Under the pieces are notes generated by a model. That model was not told where the DNA came from. It searched no databases and was given only the letters and a program-made list of their open reading frames with translations. From Marsupella aquatica (taxonomy: Eukaryota; Plantae; Marchantiophyta), in assembly GCA_973895155.1 (NCBI GenBank), contig OZ316896.1:8949539-9013538 (forward strand): DNA of 64,000 nt, written 5' to 3'. Shown in pieces: positions 48,563-62,300 of the stretch; position 1 is the stretch's first letter, and each line of letters opens with the position of its first letter. The translations under genes and the position numbers were made by a program.

Positions 48563-51500
48563 ATGTCATGGCGTACAATGTCCGAGAAGAGACATGCCGC
48601 ACAAAGGCGTGCAATAAACACCTGTGCCGAGTCCCTGAGTCCGTTATGTCAAGGATGGGCCTCAGCCCCATTGTATCTCCAAGAATGGAGAGCCGTCTGC
48701 CAAAAGACAATCCAAGGCATGAAGGTGTGCGGGATGTGCGGACTAGTTTGATACGGAAACACTTCGAGGATCGACAAAACATTCACCACCATACCAAAGG
48801 TGAACATGACGCCGTACGGCATATGCAATGCATTTGTCAACCAGTATGTCATTGAAAACCGAGATGGAACAATCAACGTGTGCGTGACTTGCGTGCGAAA
48901 CCCCGCCCGTATCCAGATAAACTCCTTCATATCTCCGCAATATGCGATTGACATCCTAGCCGCGAAGCCGTTGTACATGCAATTGCTCTCGCTAATTGAT
49001 TGTCGACTAGGCATCATACAAAAGTACAATGGCTTCCCCTCTGGCTTCTACAAAAAGGAAAGCCTCCTTGACAACCCGCTCATATCCTGGAATCTTGACA
49101 CGCTAGAGTGCAATAATTGAGAGGAGATCATGCGACAGATATACAAGGTCATGGAACTCAATTTGACGACCAACCAACTTTTCAGAAGATACGTTTCATT
49201 GGTCGAGTTGCCAGACCCGTCACTGGGACTGTGCATCCTAAGTTCCGTCGGAGTAGAGAACATCATCAAAGACAAGAGGGCAAAGGGAATCACCATGAGA
49301 TCCATGAACTTTGACCCATTCGACCCCGACCTGCACATCCTTCAAGATGTGCAGTACAGGATCCCGACTTCACGCAAGCGCAAGTACCAGGTCTTTCGTT
49401 CCGGCACCGTGTACGACCGCAAGAGAATGTGCTCTGAAGAGAGCGTCAACACCGACGCAGAAGGACTATCGAACAATCCACAATTGACATTGGAAAATGC
49501 AATGTTCCCGTTCTTGTTTGTCCACTCAAGGGGTTTCCATCGAGGACAACTCAGCTTGATCGACTACATGAAACGGAGGACACAACAGTTGTTCAGCATA
49601 TTCACTTTGTACAAGCCGTACATGCTTATCATGTACCAATTGCGATAGGCCAGCCAAGTAGCAAGCATGAGCAAGACGATAGTAATCGACAAGGAATACA
49701 TGCAAATCAAGGAGAAGTGCCCCCACTTTAGCGAGAAGGAAATATACAAAATGCTGATAAAAAAGACAATCACGCAGGCCGTTCCTGGGAGCCCGGCGTG
49801 GCATGGAAGACACCTCGACGACCTCAAGTGCATGGTGAGAAAATGGGGACTGCCCCACTTCTTCCTCACGCTCACTTGCGACGAGCTCAGCGACACCCGT
49901 TGGCCTGAGATCGCCGACCTCGAGAACCTTGTGAAGAGGATGAATCCGACCTTCTCATGGAAAGATTGTCCTGTCGAATGCGCCGTGCTCTTCCACGAAC
50001 AAATCCAACATTTTTTCAAGGATTACATTTTGTCGAAATGCGCCATAATCGGAAATGTGATCCACTACGTCATCAGGTACGAGTTGCAGGGCCGCGGATC
50101 ACTCCACGCCCACATGGTGCTATGGGTCAAGGATTGTGACATCGATCGAGTCACGAACAAAATTTCCGCATTCATCCCTGGCAGATTTGACTCGACATCC
50201 GACAGATTCGAAGAGCCGAATGGACATGAAGAAAAGACCCTGTATCGCAACGTGGTGACGAAACAACTTCACTACTGCAAGGAGGGCTTGTGCTTGCAAA
50301 GGCACTCCCAAACAGGCCTCAAGTACTGCAAGTTGGGTTTCCCCCAAGAAACTCACCTCGACAAAGATGCGGCCATCGACCCCGCCACGGGGAAATGGAG
50401 GTACCACAGGCCAAGCGACCACCACCGAAACGTCGTGCCATACCACCCGCTCGTGTTGCTGTTGTGGGGCGCGCACATGAACCTGCAGCGCATCACAAAC
50501 GCGGCCTGGTCATTCTATTTGCTCAAGTACGCGATCAAATGCGAGCCCCTGGGATCACTCCAGCTCAATGCGAACGATGCACACACTCTAGGACTCGAGG
50601 ACCTATCTGAAGTCCAACTCAAGCTCGTCAGCGGAGCCGTCCTATCTCAGAGCGTGTGCGCCACGGAGGCGGCCTTGACGTGCCTCAAAATCAGCATCAT
50701 CCATCGCTCGGAGAAAGTGGCGTTCATGGACTCGTCGCCTCCGGAACTGAGGTCCGCCATCTACCGTAAGTCCTTAGGGATATGTTTGCATCCCACCAGG
50801 CTCTACGCACAGAGGCCCGAGGACATGTTTGCAATGTCCTTCTACGACTACTTCACCAACCACGAGGTCCTCACCAATAAGAAAAGCACCACCAAACACT
50901 ACGTCGGCAGGGATTTGCAAGGCAATTTCGTGTATCGGACGGATCGGCTCGTGCGATTTTTGGAGTATCATCCAGTATACAAGATGAACGGCTTCTTCTA
51001 CAACTACCTCCTAAAGGTCGTGAGATTCCGTGCAGAAGGCGAGATTCTCCTCAGGCCCATAAGCGAGACGTGGAGCTACTTGCACGAGTGCATACATCGC
51101 AAGTTGATAACCAGCGTCGACGACGTACACAAGTTGGTGCTTGAGTATTGCGCATCGCACCTCTACTCCACCCACCACACATCCCACCTACTGCAGGAGC
51201 TAAACAAAAAGCTTCCCCACCAAATTTTCAACGACGCGGCCACATTCCAAGCGGTCCCCATCGTCGCCGTAGAGAAACCGATCGGCGGGATGCTCAACGA
51301 CAAAACTCTCCCGACCGTCAACTTGACTCCGGACCAAATCAGAGTGTTTGAGGCACTCAAGGATGTCAAGAGCGGTCTGTTCATGATCGATGGAAATCCA
51401 GGATCCGGCAAGACTTTCTTCATCTCTTTCATGAACAAATACTGGACATATAAAGGGAGGAAGGTGAAGATGTGTGCCACCACGGGCGCGGCTGCCATAA

Positions 51501-52711
51501 ACCTTCACGCGGACGCGGTGACAATGCATTCCTTGTTCAGCATTCCAATACACGGAGAGCTCAGGCCTCTACACATCACCAGTCCCCAATACCGCATCTT
51601 GAGGAACAATGACGTGTTCATCATAGACGAGGCGAGCATGCTGACACCCAAACTGTTGCGTTGCGTCTCCACAAGACTACACGAGACACTCCAAGACGAG
51701 GACCGCTCATCCGACCCGTTCCAAAATAAGACGGTCATCCTGGTCGGAGACATGTGCCAATTGCCTCCGGTTTGCACCCACCACACCAACGACATATGCA
51801 GGTCGTGCCACCTCTCGTCGTTGCCATATTTTGAGACCATGCAGAAATTTCACCTCAGCACTGTGCTCAGACAGAGCATAGACCGGGAGTTCATGGAGTT
51901 CCTTAACAACATCCGCACAGGCCTCCCTACCCAAGAATCGATCGATGAGTGCCTGGGACGATGTTACGTGTCCAAACAAGAAGCCCATGATTTCATTGAC
52001 GCCTCGACGACCGTGATATGCACACATAGAGAAACAGTCGACAACTACAATGAACGGGCATTACGGAGATATTTTCCATCCCAAGAGATCGTGCCCGTCC
52101 CAATACTCACCAATGCCCCTTCAGACGAATCCACCCGACCTTGGATACAAGATCCCTCCTTCCACACACTGACGAACGTTGCAATCGGATGCAAGGTGAT
52201 TCTCACACACAACATCGACGTCTCCAAGCAGGCCGTGAACGGCAACGGAGGAATCGTGGAGAAAATCACTACAGAAGCCGAAGGCAAAATGTCGATTTTT
52301 GTGAGAATGTCTTCCAACCACTGCCTCGTAAAGATCAACCACTACCTCATAAAGATCAACCACAGGGTTCACGAGAACAAGTTCATCTCGGGACAGCAAA
52401 CCCATCGGAAATCCACTTTCCCTCTCATGCTTGGATACGCCATAACAGGTCACAAGAGCCAAGGTTGCACACTAGCGGGCAAGGTCGTGCTAGAAATAAA
52501 TAGTGCATTCACACCGGGATTGGTGTACGTTATGTTGAGTAGGGTCACAAATAGAGCATCCATGCCCATTGTTGGAGATCTTATGCCGCCGGACTTCAAA
52601 GTGTTCCACTTACCAATTCGTCGTGTTCAACAAGCAGATGTCGACCACCAAAGGCAACAAGGCAGCGAAGGCATCACAACAACAACGAGAAACGATGACA
52701 TGCGCAAATAG
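48563..52711 (+). pseudogene. Helitron2/Helentron-type RepHel (HUH Rep + Pif1 helicase), one frame with three premature stops
   Basis: CGMC...CVTC finger; GLPHFFLTLTC....WPE; YELQGRGSLHAH; YLLKYAIK; GNPGSGKT; IIDEASM; GDMCQLPPV; AITGHKSQG; YVMLSRV. Stops at 48749, 49118 and 49646, all in the same frame. Confidence 0.93.
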
Positions 52712-54045
52712 CAATCCGACGAGCGCTACTCCTACAACAGTTCAGGTAAACAGTGTCCACTTCATACTTCACATTGTTGATGCAAGCAATATATAATGAA
52801 ATGATGATACAAAAGTTGAAAGATTTATTAACATTGACGGGCACTATTGTTCTAACACATTGTTCACGTCTTTCCTGTGCAGCCCATGACAGCCGTGGAG
52901 ATGGCAAGGATGATCATGAGAGAGCTGTCGTCGGATGACTTCCGGACTGACGAGGAGGTAACGGCTAAACAAATTGCTTTCAGCAACGGTCTCGGAATCG
53001 AGACAACTGAGATGGTGAACGGGATCAAGAGGAGAGATCTGTCGAAGATGATTGAGGAGTGTCACCTGCTTATCAAGCGATTTACACGATAAATACGTAT
53101 TTACTCCTACTAAAATCGTTTGTTATCGTATGACGGGAACGTGGAGGGACACTATTAGGATTCTATTGCATGTAAGATGAGTATGTTTATTTCCGCTCCC
53201 GGAAATATAATTTTTGATCAAGTCTACCGACTAGCCCGCTCTGCTTTTGATCAAGTCCCATGGACTACGCCACACACACACTCCTACTGGTCGTCGGTGG
53301 AGTGTTGTCACCACCCCTCCCTACTCACATGGTTGACCAAACCGTGCAAGGATTCCTTAGACGTTTCTTAGGGAAAGAACACAATCGTGAACCAGAAAAG
53401 GTAACACCACACCAAAACTTGAGGAATCAAACCAAATCCATATCTTTTGGCAAAATCACTATATTCATTAAAACTGAAATTATAAAGGATATAGGGAAAT
53501 TTGGCGATTTAAAAACATAGTTTTAGGCATGAAATTTGTAAATTTGGAAGATGAAAAATGAAAATTCAAGCATCATTAAATGTAAATTTGGGGACAAAAA
53601 ATGAAATTTTGGGAAAATAAAATATTAAATTGGATGATATTAAAAAAAATTTGGGTGATAAAAGTGTTCATTTGGTTGGAAAATAGATAGAATCTAGTAA
53701 TAACATATAAGCTTGGATAGCATCTATATTCAAAACATTTAGCTTGAGTAAGATATCTAACTAAGCACCAATACAATGGAATGACTATAGTGTCTAGACA
53801 AAGTTAACTAGGATGATATCCAACCTACTAGAAGGAATGAAATGGCATCATTTTCTAGAATTAAAATATACTAAGACAAATAAAATAATAATTATAAGAA
53901 AGTCCATTCAATAGCTTTGAGAGATCATAGAGTATTAATTTGATTGTCTTGTTCTCTCACTTTAGACCAACGCATGGAAATCAACTCGACCCTCTTAATC
54001 ACAAGTCATTTGAGTGGAGACTTGTAACCTACGAGTTCTATCAAT

Positions 54046-57000
54046 CTACTCATCAATTATACCTTCCATGTAAATTTTGAGAGTTTTCAAAACATTCTTA
54101 GGAATTGTCAAACCTCTATCCATAATATTTTGTTCTTTAGCACCTGACTTAAACCCATACATTGCAGAATTTGCAAACTGCCAACTTTGAGTAACATTGT
54201 CAAACCCAGGATCCAGCTCCCAAGTCTTAGTGGTTTGAAAGCAACGTTCATATCGAACATCATCCTTTGCATCATACTTACCATGTTTAGGCCTCCACCA
54301 TTGTACTTGGAACATAGGAGCATTCCTAAGAGGAATGCTCTCAACAGACGTTGAAGAAGACCCTTCAATATGTTGCAAATATGTTGAGGGAACCTCATGG
54401 TTTGGATCCACACCACCCAAAGCTCGAACCAACCAGAAACGCCCTTTGCCGTTTTCCTGTTCCCATTCATCCTCTGGACATAAAAATACAAAGTGACCTT
54501 CTTGAATATCTTGTAGAGGAATCCAACATGCAGGTTCTCGCTCTTGTCGTGCACCAACAAAGGGTGCAGCTTGATCTTCCATCTCTTCCATGTACTCATT
54601 TTGAAGGTCCATCATCTCTGGATTTTGAGAAGGTTCACTTGACGACTGAGATGTCCCCAAAATCATCTTGTAACCTATGCCATGGTTAGTCTTTGGCCAA
54701 AAATCAGTTGTCAATGACAAATGTCTTTCCCCCTCCCCTTCTATTGTAAGTTCCTCGGACAGTGCTTGCACAAGATTCTCCCAATATTTGACCAGAGGAA
54801 ATCTCTCTTTATATGCTGCAGAGGTCTCATCCTTACAACTTTTCTTCAAGAAATCAATATAGCGATTAAGGAATGGGATGATTTCTCCAGCCTTCTTTTG
54901 TACATCCTCAGATATAGGTTTTGCAAATGGTTGGCCTTCCGGTAAAATGAGCGCATTTGTGATGGGATCAGTTCTCCAAATGGACCTCCCCATTGCCAGA
55001 AGCCAAGGTTGCTTGACATGTGCTTTATATTGATACACTGGCACATTATCTCTCATGGAGAAAAGAAATGCCACTGGTTTTGAGTGACCTTCTATCTCTT
55101 TCACCTGGAAAGTTTTCAAATACTCCTTGTAAGATGCAACCTCTTGAATCAATCGTGGTACAGGATGAATGCTTTCACACTCCCAAACCTCAGCCATCAA
55201 CCCCAAGAGGGTAGACACCTCTTTGTATCTGACCTATTTGGATACTTGAGAAAATAATTCATCCACGTCTTCATGGGTGTGGCCAACCATGAGGAATGAC
55301 ATTTGCACAATTTCAAACACCCCCTGCTAACAAGCTAAGTGCAAAATGCCATCACATATTGATTTTTGTTATCTTTCCCTGAATTGTCCATCTACAACGT
55401 TAGGTGCCTTGGTAAGGGCTTGAAAGAGCCCCTAGTAGTCTCAGGATCATCCTTAGAACCAACATCCACTGTGCTTGACTTTTTAGTCTCCTGACCATCT
55501 TCAATGCCTTGAAATCGAACAATTGAAACATTTTTGGGTTCCAAGTAACCGGCCAGAAATGCTTCAAAGTCTAGAAGGGACTGAAATATTGGCCTAGTTG
55601 CATTCCAATTCAATCCCTCAAGAAGGTCTCCAGTTTTGTCTCCTGTGTAATCTTCCAAATCTCGGAGGCATTTGGCCAAAGATGTCACGGTAAAGTCTGC
55701 ATCTCCAGGCCAAAGTCCAGTCAAACTGAAATGTGCATACACTCCAGGATCTCTTCCATGGGTTAACATCCCAGTAAGAGCAATAGGCAAAGGCTGACCA
55801 CTACCAGAGAGGGATTTTGGAGTGGGGACCAACCTGGGGATCCAAGTCTTGGCTTGATCCATCTTATCGTGAATAATGCAAAGATAGTTTTGAGGATCCT
55901 TCTTTGCAAGAACCCTATGAGCATAGTAAACATATTTTCTTGACATTTGTTCACGAAGATGTCACGCTCTTTTCTCTTCAATCTCTGCACGCTCTTTTTT
56001 TCTCTTCTCCCGCATCAATTGATCTTTGAACTCAGTGCAAAATGTGCACTTGGCAAATGCACTTCCCTTGTGAAAGTCAAAATTATCAAATGAGTTTTTC
56101 CAGATGTTGTACATAGTAACTTCAGTAACCTTAGCAAACCCATCTAATTCCATCTTGGTAAACACCTCTTGGAAAATCTCCTTCTTAGTAAAACAAGATG
56201 GGAGCCGATATTCAATAGTGTCAGTGCCGTTGGACCCACCATAGGGAAGATGTGGCATTGGTTCCCCATTTTGGATTAAAATGGACTCCAACAAGGCGCG
56301 AGCGTGCAAAGTGCTTGATCGTGTCTTCCGTTGTCCCTGATTTCCATGGAAACCAATTGTGCAACCAGCTTCGTATTGATTTTTGTAGTCATAGTACTTT
56401 GTTGTACTGAACCCATGCATTTTAATAAATGCATCTTTACAAACCACACGTCCCTTTAGAACAAAAAATCCCTTTCTCTTGACTTGCTCCTCTCTACACC
56501 CAAAGAGACTAAAGATGTGACTTGTTTTGTTGTCACTTGACATTCCATGGTATTCCCTCCTCATTGCCTCTAAGTCCTCCCTGGGCATGTTCAAGCAACA
56601 CTTCAGCTTGCAACAACCTTCTCTTTGGATGGAATCAATGGACTCCTCGTTAATTTTCAAAAGTGCCCTCGACTCCAAATGCCTTTTCTTCCTCTCCTCA
56701 AGATCAACTTTTGTCCTCCTAATGAAATTGTATGGTCTTTTTGTAGGTTTACCATCACCATCCGAATCCGGATCGCCCTTAGTTCGACCCGACTCCATCC
56801 ACTTCTCTGAAACTTCCTCAAGGATATCCCCAAGAAACCTTTGAGACGAAATCAATAGAAGGGATTTGATTTCCCACCTCACCAAGCCAGGGGTACCAAC
56901 ACGGATATTTGGAAATAATCTGGGTTCATTGATATTCACAACAGCAACACCAACATGATCTGCACCAAGAAGTTCATCGTCAACGGCACCTGTTTCAAAT

Positions 57001-57761
57001 GGGACCGTGATAACACCTGTTGCAACCTTTCGACAACGAGAAGCTTCATACAAATCAACCTCCTCTGCCATCCAGTTGGAACGTAGTGTAAAATCTTTTA
57101 ATGGAAGATCATTGAAAATATTTGAACTACCAAACACGCCAAAATCTCGAAGAGTGCCCTTTCTAGAAACATGCGCAACATCCCAGATAACCCAGGTATG
57201 CAAGGCCTCTTCTATTGTATCAGCTCCAGGGTGCGAGTATGGCAATTTTTGATTTCCCTTAACAATATCAGATATTCTTATACTGATGCGACCAACCCCG
57301 AGTGTTTCAGTATGACAAATATCCATCGGATTTGTCTTGAAAACAACTCCATTTGCAACCAACTGATCAAAAATGAACATCTGAACTTCATCTCCTTCCT
57401 TGAACACATCCTCTTCAACCCTTGCATCAATTTTGGATTTATCATTTCCAGCATCTCCAGCCAAAGAGAAATCATCGACATTGATTCTTCGGCGCTGAGT
57501 TGATAACCTCAAGTATGCCAATGCACAATCCCAAATCATGCAGGAGTCAATTGCCTCAGCCAATGTAGAAAATTTGGGCGAAGGAAATGGAAGTTGACGC
57601 GATCCATCAAAACACTTTTCGATCAATACCCCAATTCGATTGTCCCCTAGACAACTGTTCTATATAGTATCCTGGGGGTCAACCTTTTGAACTATCCCAA
57701 TTGCCGTTTCAAATCCATCGATCACCAATGACACTTCATCCCCTCGTGTAAAATTGATCAT
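54046..57761 (-). pseudogene. DDD transposase, DUF7869/Sola-like (element B); several stops and a frameshift
   Basis: IIHDKMDQAKT, L*MDNSGKDNKN, FLMVGHTHEDVDELFS, GCCKLKCC, FAKCTFC, and three N-terminal Tnp1-like repeats. Stops at ~57660, 55962, 55392, ~55336 and ~55235; 1-nt deletion at ~55322. Confidence 0.85.
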
Positions 57762-57887
57762 GATAGCGGACTATCTGTATTCAAATAAAGTTAGAAATTG
57801 TTAAGTTCCCCATGTTACAATCATGTTTCAAAATCTGGACTCTCCTCCAAAAAATATTGTAAAATCACTCAAAACCCTAAATACATT

Positions 57888-58220
57888 CAAGTCGGGTCAG
57901 AATTATTTCGACCCTCCTCCAACATTATGTCTTGAAATGATTGAATTGACTAAACATTTACAAGTCAGGTCGGAATTATTTCGACCCTCCTCCAACAATA
58001 TGTCTTGAAATGATTGAATTGACTAAACATTTACAAGTTGGGTCGGAATTATTTCGACCCTCCTCCAACAATATGTCTTAAATGATTGAATTGACTAAAC
58101 ATTTACAAGTCGGGTCGGAATTATTTCGACCCTCCTCCAACAATATGTCTTAAAATGATTGAATTGACTAAACATTGATAAGTTGGGTCTGAATTATTTC
58201 GACCCTACTCCAACTATTAA
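57888..58220. repeat. ~73-bp tandem array (x4-5) with an imperfect palindrome GGGTCGGAATTATTTCGACCC
   Basis: Units at ~57891, 57964, 58037, 58109 and 58182; an inverted partial copy at ~58310-58333. Confidence 0.9.
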
Positions 58221-59377
58221 GTTGAAATTATGTCAAAACTATTTGTGAAACTATCTTGCTTATGCTTTTATATACCAATTTAAAATGCTAGTTAAGATGA
58301 CATAGTCAGGTCGGCACGAAATAATTCCGACCCACTTCTAGAAACTATGTTAGTAATCACATAAAGGGGTACAGTAAGTTCTACACATTCTAGACTGTGG
58401 ATAAAGGTCTAGAATGAGTAAAATATATGACCTAGAACCTAATGTGTAAATCTTAATCTAGGTTTGGCTTAAAGGTATTGAATTAGATGTAGTTGAGCTA
58501 GTACTTCTAAGATAAATAAATAAAATCACTAACCTGCTCCGCAATATATCTCTGTCCACCCTTGTACAAGCTAAATGGGTACCTTGGATGCCAGCATTGT
58601 AACTCTTAGCACCACAGTGCTCACCAGTGCCCTTACTAAACCTTGCATTCAACCATGCGGACCTAAACAAGGCACTCGGACAGAGGAGAGTCAGTGATCG
58701 TACCAATCACTGTCTAAATGACAATGAACCAAAAAATGGATTGTGGGAGGTCTATACTCAGTTTGAGAGGCAAAAAGCCCGCACATTACCCAGCACACAA
58801 GTGGACACCAACAGATCGGGCACGGGTGGATGAGGCACGCACCCAGCACACAAGTAGACATCGGATATGGTGTCAGCCAATCACTCACGAGTGATAGGTG
58901 AGTTGCGAGCACACACCGCTGACAGCTCGGAAGTTTAAAATTGGTAGGTGAGTCGCGAGTGGTCGTGAGTGGTCACACCATCGGTGACTCACGATCACAT
59001 GCACCGAGGAGGGTCTCCATCATTGGCGCGCATTGATGCCTCCGTACCCTCTCGGATCCTTGCCTCCTCGGACTCCTCGCTCGCAGGGGGTATAGGAAGG
59101 CAGGCCTTGCGCTTGAGGCCTCATTTCCTTGCCTCCCTCTTGCCTCCTCTCTCATCTCCTCACTCCTTGCCTCCCTCTTGCCTCGCTCTAGGGATTTTGT
59201 TTTTGCCTCGCTCTTGGGATTTGTTTTCCGCCTCGCTCTAAGGCTTTTATTTTTGCCTTGCTCCCTTCCCTTTTGGGTCGCTCCCTCGATCATTGTTTGC
59301 CTGTTAGTGCCCTCTTGCAGCCTGTGGCATTCTCCATTGCTGCCACATGTCATCTTAAATCTCACGCGCCCCTTACA

Positions 59378-62300
59378 ATGTCTACTTCCTCCAGTTCTGA
59401 AGCTTCCACCACCTCCGCCAGTTCTCAAGAGTCATTGAACTTCAATTATAACTCTCCGTATGAATATGACCCTGAAGACCCGGATGTCCAAAAATTGGTT
59501 AACAATGCGTTGGAGGCGTCAAAGAAAGCCCAGTTAACTTTTCCACGTAAGGCACCACCTGCTTCAACTTCTTGCCTCGCCCTAAGGGCGAGGCAACTTT
59601 ACTTTAATTTGGATTTCAAACTTCTTATTAGGAAAATTTCTATATTCCTTTGCAGTCGCCTCGCCCCAAGGTCGAGGCGACGTCTACTTCATTCTAGATT
59701 TCTTGTTGCTCCGAAGGCGTATTGGACCTTGTATCTTACATTAATAAAGGATCTTTAGCTATATTCTATTTTTTGCCTCGCTCTTGGGGCGAGGCGATGT
59801 CGTCTGCATTCCTCAAATGTAGTCTGCATTCCCAGAAGTTGCCTCGCCCTTGGGGCGAGGCGATGTTATCTGCATTCCTAAATGTTGTCTGCATTCCCAG
59901 AAGTTGCCTCGCCCTTGGGGCGAGGCGATGTCCTCTACATTCCTAAATGTTGTCTGCTTTCCCAGAAGTTGCCTCGCCCTTGGGGCGAGGCGATGTCCTC
60001 TACATTCCTAAATGTTGTCTGCTTTCCCAGAAGTTGCCTCGCCCTTGGGGCGAGGCGATGTCCTCTGCATTCCTAAATGTTGTCTGCTTTCCAGAAGTTG
60101 CCTCGCCCTTGGGGCGAGGCGATGTTGTCTGCATTCCTAAATGTTGTTTGCTTTCCTAGAAGTTGCCTCGCCCTTGGGGCGAGGCGATGTCGTCTGCATT
60201 CCTAAATAATGTTTGATTGCTTGGATGAGGTGGCAGGGCTAATTGCACTAGGAGCAAAGAAGATTTTGCAATCTTCTATTTGTCGCCTCGCCCCAAGGGC
60301 GAGGCACCTTGAAAGTTTTCCACATGTCAATGTTAAACTATGATGTTGACCATTTTGTTTTCAATGTTTCTTACCAGGAAAAAATCTTGAGAAGCCGGAG
60401 TTAAATATTATGGACGAGGATATCAAGGACTTTGTTTTCCCTGACCAAGATACTCCAGGATTTAGATGGGCACTAGAAGTTGGGGTGTTGGCGGAAGGTA
60501 GTCTCTTGATTTGTGTCAAGGGCCTCACAAGTCAATTGAATGACCGCAAGACAATTGTTACTCTAGGTCCAGTCGTCCTTGTGAACACAGAAAACAACCG
60601 CAATGCAACGATTATTGTTGAGTCCAATGAGAAATCTCAGTGGATGAGACTTCTAGTGCCAATAAAACTCTACTCGACTTTACTGAATGTTGAGTGGATG
60701 GCTCGATTGGAGATAAGCGTAGCTGATATGGGATTCTTCCCAGATGGAGTAACAATTGATCAGATGTTTGAGAAGACGCGTTCTCAAATAAGTGGAGTTG
60801 ACCTAGTGTTTGGATTTCTCTACGTAAAGAAGCACATGCATGACAATGCGGACAGTGTGGACCCTCCGTCTACTTGGATAGTTCAAAGGATGATTGATAA
60901 GGCACATTTTTCATACGAGCAAGCAATCGACAAGAGTTTCATTTTTTGTCCAGAGTTTCAAGAGGCCGCGTGCCGGACGTGGATTTCAGAGATGAAGAAA
61001 AAAGAAGCAAAGCATAAGGCAAAGGAGAGAAAGAAGACAGTGGAAAGAAGTGCGCAATCAAAGACAGAGAAGAAACGAAAGCTTCAAGAGCCAGTTGTTC
61101 AACAAGAGAAACAATCTGGGAGTTCACGCCGTAAGAAGATGGCTAAAAAAAATGAAGATGATGAGGGCCCCCAAAAAAAGCAGACAAAGAAGGCAAAGGT
61201 TGCGAAATCAAAACCAATGTCAGGGTTGACTTCAAACTTTGTCTTGCATCCAGAGGATGATGTGTCCGACAGAAGGACCCAAAGAAGATGATGTGCTCAA
61301 AGGCCAAGAGGTTTTGCGTAATATTGAGCAGTATTATACTTTTGGCATCCGCGAAGTTTTTGATATTCTTGTAAAAAGTATTAATCCGCCATCGGCCGTT
61401 TTTGTATATCGAATGTTCAATCTTTCGCATGCAATGGAGATATCAAAGTCTATGATGAAAAACCCTGGACAGGAACCACAAGTTGCTGATTTGATTCCGT
61501 ATTGCGAGAGCACTAAACAGTTGCTTCATTATGACAACACACCTCAGGATAGGAAAGAGTTTTTGATTGGTGTGAAGAAGCATGAGATCCAATTCCTTGC
61601 CATCAGTGGCCAGCATTCTGCAAGAGCTGCCCAATGGATCCAAGGGTGGGCCGAGACTGACGCCAAGCTGACAGATCTTGCCAACAAACTAAAGTATAGG
61701 AAAGCAAGGATCCTATCTGACCTCACTCCGAAGACAATTTTGGTTGAGCATTCAAGTTTATCGAATGCTGTCAATGATACTATGCAATTTAAGTCTTGTT
61801 TTTTGGAGACTATTGTTCATGCACGAAGGCAGTTTGAGGAGTGCGGGAAACCGCCGCGTCCAGGGATTGGGACCAATCAAAATACAGACAGGAAAAACTA
61901 TCAGGTACATGTTGGAGCAACGCAAACTATTCTTGATCCGCTTTGTTTAAAGATTGTCAATGGTAGAGGTTTGCCTCGCCCCAAGGGCGAGGCTGCCTTT
62001 TCTTGTTTTCCTTGGTTAGAAGATTAAAGCAAATGTTTGCCTCGCCCTCAGGGCGAGGCAACCTAGACTAGTCTCTCTAAGAATAATTCCCTAGTTCCGT
62101 TTTAGTCAATTGCGGTTAGATGTAGAGGTTCGCCACGCCCTTGGGGCGAGGCGGCTTAGCCTGTTTCAAACATAGGTATAAATTTTCTAACATATGCATT
62201 GTACCCTGAAACTAATGTCAAGTCCATTGGATATGCAGGATTGGTTTGCCCTGGCAAAGGTTACAATGGGGAAGTCAAGCCTAAAGAGCATTTATTGGTT

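Noticed and set aside
36900-53000. Endogenous giant virus or Polinton interpretation of the dense gene cluster
   Set aside because: No capsid, PolB, packaging ATPase or integrase was recognised. The genes have spliceosomal introns and lie inside TIRs, and the helicase is a Helitron RepHel outside element A.
52712-53410. Helentron terminal hairpin/subTIR or downstream endonuclease ORF
   Set aside because: No convincing terminus or domain motif; the region appears interrupted by element B.
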